Source: a bacterium (GTDB lineage: Bacteria; Cyanobacteriota; Vampirovibrionia; LMEP-6097). Taken from it: a stretch of 64,000 nucleotides of DNA. The notes under the pieces are model-generated. The model was not told the DNA's origin and ran no database searches. It was given only the letters and a program-made list of their open reading frames with translations. Each line of letters opens with the position of its first letter. Within the stretch, counting starts at the first letter, position 1. This document shows positions 59,691-64,000 of this stretch, piece by piece. Both the position numbers and the translations under genes were made by a program. The stretch lies in contig JAYQSH010000003.1 in NCBI GenBank assembly GCA_038146805.1, positions 48,519 through 112,518 on the forward strand, written 5' to 3'.

Positions 59691-61312
59691 AACTCTAAAA
59701 ACTCTTTAGTATACAATTTAAAGCTGGCTTTGTTTGCAATCAGATATGCAGAACAATCTAAAAAACTTTCTAGCTCTTCCAAATTATTTTCTTCAAGAGT
59801 CTTACCGCTTGCAACTAAATCCACTATCACATCACTAAGTTCTGTTAAAGGACCCAATTCAACTGAACCGTAGAGATTTATAATTTCAGAATTTATTGAT
59901 TTAAGATCAAAAAATTCTTTTGCCAGATTTGGAAATGTTGTCGCAACACGAACTTGCTTTGGTAAGTCTTTTAGCTTGCCATAAAGAGATTGTTTTGCGC
60001 AAACACTTAAACGGCAGTGACCATAATCTAAATCTTGCAAGAGCGCACAAGATACTTTAGAATCTAAAACAACATCAAGACCAACTATCCCCAAGTCAGC
60101 TGCACCATGCTCAACATAGATAGGCACATCATGTCCTCGCACCAATAAAATTTCAACATGATCAAAAGGAGCATTAAGCTTTGAAGATACATTTAAAATT
60201 AGTTTTCTTCCATGATCTTCTGCAAAGTTAAATGATTTTTCTTGCAAAATTTCTTGTGCTTTTTCAAATAAACCACCTTTAGCAATTGCTATCTTCAAGA
60301 CCTTTTTTTCAGTTGCATTAGTTTTTAACTCACTCAGCTCTTTTATATAAAAAGCAAAACCTATAGCAGATATCTCTTCTCCAAACTGCTTACATAAATT
60401 ATCATAGCGACCACCAAGAGCTAACATAGAACCCGCTCCATGTGCATAAAGCGCAAAATGTAAACCGGTATAAAGCTTCAAATCAGGACATTGCAAAGGA
60501 TCAAAATGAATATTTGTAGCCAAAGATTCAACATTTCTTAAATCAGAAAGATCAAGAGCAAGTATTTTTTCAAAATCACTTATAGAATTTGACTTTGAAA
60601 AAATTTCTAGATCTTTATGTCCTTGACAAAGTCTTTTGAAATCAACAATATTATTTTCTAACAATGCCTTATAAAGCTGTGCCGCCAAACTCAAGGTATG
60701 ATTTTTCACCAACACCGACTTAAAACTTTTATCAGTCATCAAAGCACTTAATTCTTGTTCAAAACTTAGTAATGGATCACCATAAATCTCAAAAATCTTA
60801 TGCCAAATTTTTGCATCCGTAATAGTGATTTTTGAATTTTTTATTTTCAAATGCTCAACAGTATCAACAAGAAGTTTCAAGACCTCTCTATCAGAGGCAA
60901 CAGTCTCTTCACCAAAAATTTCAACACCAACTTGTTTTAACTCTTTAGAAAAATCTGTCGAAGAACCTTTGAAGCGAAAAACGTTTGCATCATAAAAATA
61001 GCGCACAGGAAAATTAATCTTTGAACTATAACTGGCAACCATTTTTGCCAAAGGTTGAGTTATTTCGGTTCTTAATGCCATAGTTTTACCAGTTTCATCA
61101 AAAACTTTAAAAACATTTTGAGAAAATTTCGAATTAGCTTTTTCTACCAAACTCAAATCAACTATTGTTGGCACATCAACTTCTTCAAATGATCTATCAA
61201 TAAAAAAGTTTGTAATTTGACGCGATATTTTTTGCTGAGCCAAAATATCCTCAGGTGCAAAATTTGATAAAGATGATCCAGAACCAAACATCTTACTGCA
61301 TAATTTTATCAA
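59687..61312 (-). CDS. fused HisZ-like (class II aaRS-like regulatory) and HisG (ATP phosphoribosyltransferase) protein
   Basis: N-terminal half resembles the HisRS-paralog HisZ; C-terminal half has the HisG-like segment KVLKIAIAKGGLFEKAQEIL...ILLVRGHDVPIYVEHGAADLGIVGLDV. Confidence 0.65.
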   Translation of the reverse strand: MIKLCSKMFGSGSSLSNFAPEDILAQQKISRQITNFFIDRSFEEVDVPTIVDLSLVEKANSKFSQNVFKVFDETGKTMALRTEITQPLAKMVASYSSKINFPVRYFYDANVFRFKGSSTDFSKELKQVGVEIFGEETVASDREVLKLLVDTVEHLKIKNSKITITDAKIWHKIFEIYGDPLLSFEQELSALMTDKSFKSVLVKNHTLSLAAQLYKALLENNIVDFKRLCQGHKDLEIFSKSNSISDFEKILALDLSDLRNVESLATNIHFDPLQCPDLKLYTGLHFALYAHGAGSMLALGGRYDNLCKQFGEEISAIGFAFYIKELSELKTNATEKKVLKIAIAKGGLFEKAQEILQEKSFNFAEDHGRKLILNVSSKLNAPFDHVEILLVRGHDVPIYVEHGAADLGIVGLDVVLDSKVSCALLQDLDYGHCRLSVCAKQSLYGKLKDLPKQVRVATTFPNLAKEFFDLKSINSEIINLYGSVELGPLTELSDVIVDLVASGKTLEENNLEELESFLDCSAYLIANKASFKLYTKEFLEF

Positions 61313-62138
61313 GATTTATAAAACTATTGCCCTGTAAACCACTTACAACAGGGATATTTCTTTCAGATTTTTCAATTTCTTCTAGGTATTCTAACTCAGC
61401 AACCAAAGGATTTCTTTGAATTGCACGACCTTTTATATCAACAACCTTAGCTTGAGCCTCACCCTTTATAATTTCAATCTGCTTTTCTTTAATAGCTATA
61501 TCTTTTCTAATTTGAGCAAGCTGTGCTTTTTGTAAGGCAATTTGTTTTCTTTCAATTGCTTGAATATATTCTTTTGAAAAATTTATTCTACGCAAAAATA
61601 CATCTTTCAAACTAAATCCAGAAGTATCAAAAGAAGTAGATAAACTTTCAAAAATTTCTTGGCTAACGATTCTTCTAGTTTCAGAAGTATAAAGTGCATC
61701 AGCAACGTGCCTTGCAATAACTTCTTGTGTTGTTTTAGAAATTTTTGCTTTTAATACTGGTTCATAATCTGTTCTAAGTTTTTGAAAAACCTCTGAGGCT
61801 CTTTGTTTGATCATTTGACTAACAATAGAAAGTTCAATTGCAACAATTTGCCCGTCTTTTGTTTTTGCCACCAGCGGATCACCTAATCTTTTGGGGTCAT
61901 TAAAACTATTGTTCTTAGATGAAAAAGAATATGTCACAATTCTTGTGTCATAGACAATTAGTTCAGTAACAAATGGCATAACAAAATTTAAGCCCTCTTG
62001 TAACTCCCTTAAATTCCCATTGACTCTATTAAAAAGCACTCCAGTTCTACCGACTGGCACTATTTTTACTATTTGTGAATATACAATTGCAATTAATGCA
62101 ACTATTACTAAACCAACTTGACCTTTTAACTTAAACAT
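61293..62138 (-). CDS. hflC: SPFH/band-7 family protein, HflC-like
   Basis: N-terminal TM then SPFH domain; paired with the upstream HflK-like gene. Confidence 0.7.
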   Translation of the reverse strand: MFKLKGQVGLVIVALIAIVYSQIVKIVPVGRTGVLFNRVNGNLRELQEGLNFVMPFVTELIVYDTRIVTYSFSSKNNSFNDPKRLGDPLVAKTKDGQIVAIELSIVSQMIKQRASEVFQKLRTDYEPVLKAKISKTTQEVIARHVADALYTSETRRIVSQEIFESLSTSFDTSGFSLKDVFLRRINFSKEYIQAIERKQIALQKAQLAQIRKDIAIKEKQIEIIKGEAQAKVVDIKGRAIQRNPLVAELEYLEEIEKSERNIPVVSGLQGNSFINLDKIMQ

Positions 62139-62157
62139 AAAATTTTATTTCCTTTCT

Positions 62158-63048
62158 TTAAAGACTTCCGTTACTAAAAATCATCTTAGTTCTCTTACCT
62201 AAGATTTGAGCTCTTCTATACTTAACAAAGCTTGGGTTTGCAGTCAATGAATTAACACGTAAATTAATTGCTTCAGCCTCACCTTGAGCTTTAGTAATTA
62301 CAGCATCTTTTTTGTTCATTTCTTCAATAATAATATTGTCTTTTGTATCTAGCTCAATACGAGCTTTTTGTTTTTCTTCAATTGCATTTTGAAATGCATC
62401 AGAAAAATTCACTTCATCCAACAAAAACTCTGTAAGCACAATTTTGTATTTTGCTAAAACATCATCAAGATTTTTTGAAATATGATCCGCAACAACTCTT
62501 CTATCTTCACTATAGATTGCAGACACCGTATATCCAGCAATTACTTCACGCACAATACTACGCACAACAGGAGTAATAATTTTTTCTACATAGTTTTCAT
62601 AAGTATCATTACCAAGATTTTGATGTAACCACCATAAATCTTCAAAGCTAGGTCTTGCTCTCACTGTCACCTCTACAGAAATATTTTGACCATCAGAAGT
62701 TAAAGTATTGATTGCACCACCCATAATAAAAGCTCCCCTTTTACTACGCTCTGGTTTATCAGAAAAGATATAACTAATTTCTCTTACATTATAAATTGTA
62801 GGGTCTTGAATAAAAGGAATTATAAACTGTGCCCCACCATTTAAAACACGTTTTTCCATGCCGGTAATTCTATTAAAGACTACCCCTCTTTGCCCGGCGC
62901 CAACAAGAATAATGAGATTAGGCAAGACAAAAAATATTACAACAACAGCAATAATTAGCATCTTGTATTTTGACAAAAATTTGTCAGGGTCAAAGTCTTT
63001 TCCACCCTTTGGGTTAATAAAAAAATCTGGGATATCTGGTCTTTCCAT
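62158..63048 (-). CDS. hflK: SPFH/band-7 family protein, HflK-like
   Basis: TM then SPFH domain (GQRGVVFNRITG...), C-terminal coiled coil. Confidence 0.7.
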   Translation of the reverse strand: MERPDIPDFFINPKGGKDFDPDKFLSKYKMLIIAVVVIFFVLPNLIILVGAGQRGVVFNRITGMEKRVLNGGAQFIIPFIQDPTIYNVREISYIFSDKPERSKRGAFIMGGAINTLTSDGQNISVEVTVRARPSFEDLWWLHQNLGNDTYENYVEKIITPVVRSIVREVIAGYTVSAIYSEDRRVVADHISKNLDDVLAKYKIVLTEFLLDEVNFSDAFQNAIEEKQKARIELDTKDNIIIEEMNKKDAVITKAQGEAEAINLRVNSLTANPSFVKYRRAQILGKRTKMIFSNGSL

Positions 63049-63062
63049 AACTTTGATAATAA

Positions 63063-64000
<938 letters not shown>

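Overview
AT-rich (roughly 30-35% GC) Gram-negative-type chromosomal segment: LptF/G, an HflK/HflC pair and an L27 without the Firmicute propeptide. Housekeeping genes I am confident of are dxr, rplU-rpmA, surE, murB, dnaE, thyX, an ornithine carbamoyltransferase, mazG, nrnA-like, rsmE, serS, trmL, hflKC, a hisZ-hisG fusion and gap. They are interleaved with clusters of lineage-specific hypothetical proteins. The window carries an unusually dense set of mobile and repetitive DNA: one IS1-family insertion sequence, five ~180-bp MITEs sharing its terminal inverted repeats, a REP-associated tyrosine transposase (RAYT) flanked by its ~34-bp REP units with five further REP loci dispersed through the window, and a 234-bp highly structured repeat present three times. 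An RNase P RNA gene (rnpB) lies on the minus strand at ~31.27-31.69 kb and is invisible in the ORF track. There are decayed gene copies (two thyX copies in a ~640-bp tandem duplication, a surE 5' fragment, a 3' remnant of a 33215..33733 paralog). At least five reading frames, including dnaE, are broken at short homopolymer runs. The most system-like novelty is a divergent locus at 10.8-17.0 kb. It encodes a glycine-zipper-type membrane protein followed by a two-helix membrane protein, several small acidic proteins, and two paralogs sharing an invariant NKDNDAEV motif, one of which resembles the C-terminus of type III secretion needle subunits. It resembles a translocon/needle-like module, but no core secretion apparatus is present in the window. 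The overall picture fits a host-associated or intracellular bacterium with a decaying, repeat-invaded genome; the taxon cannot be fixed from sequence alone.
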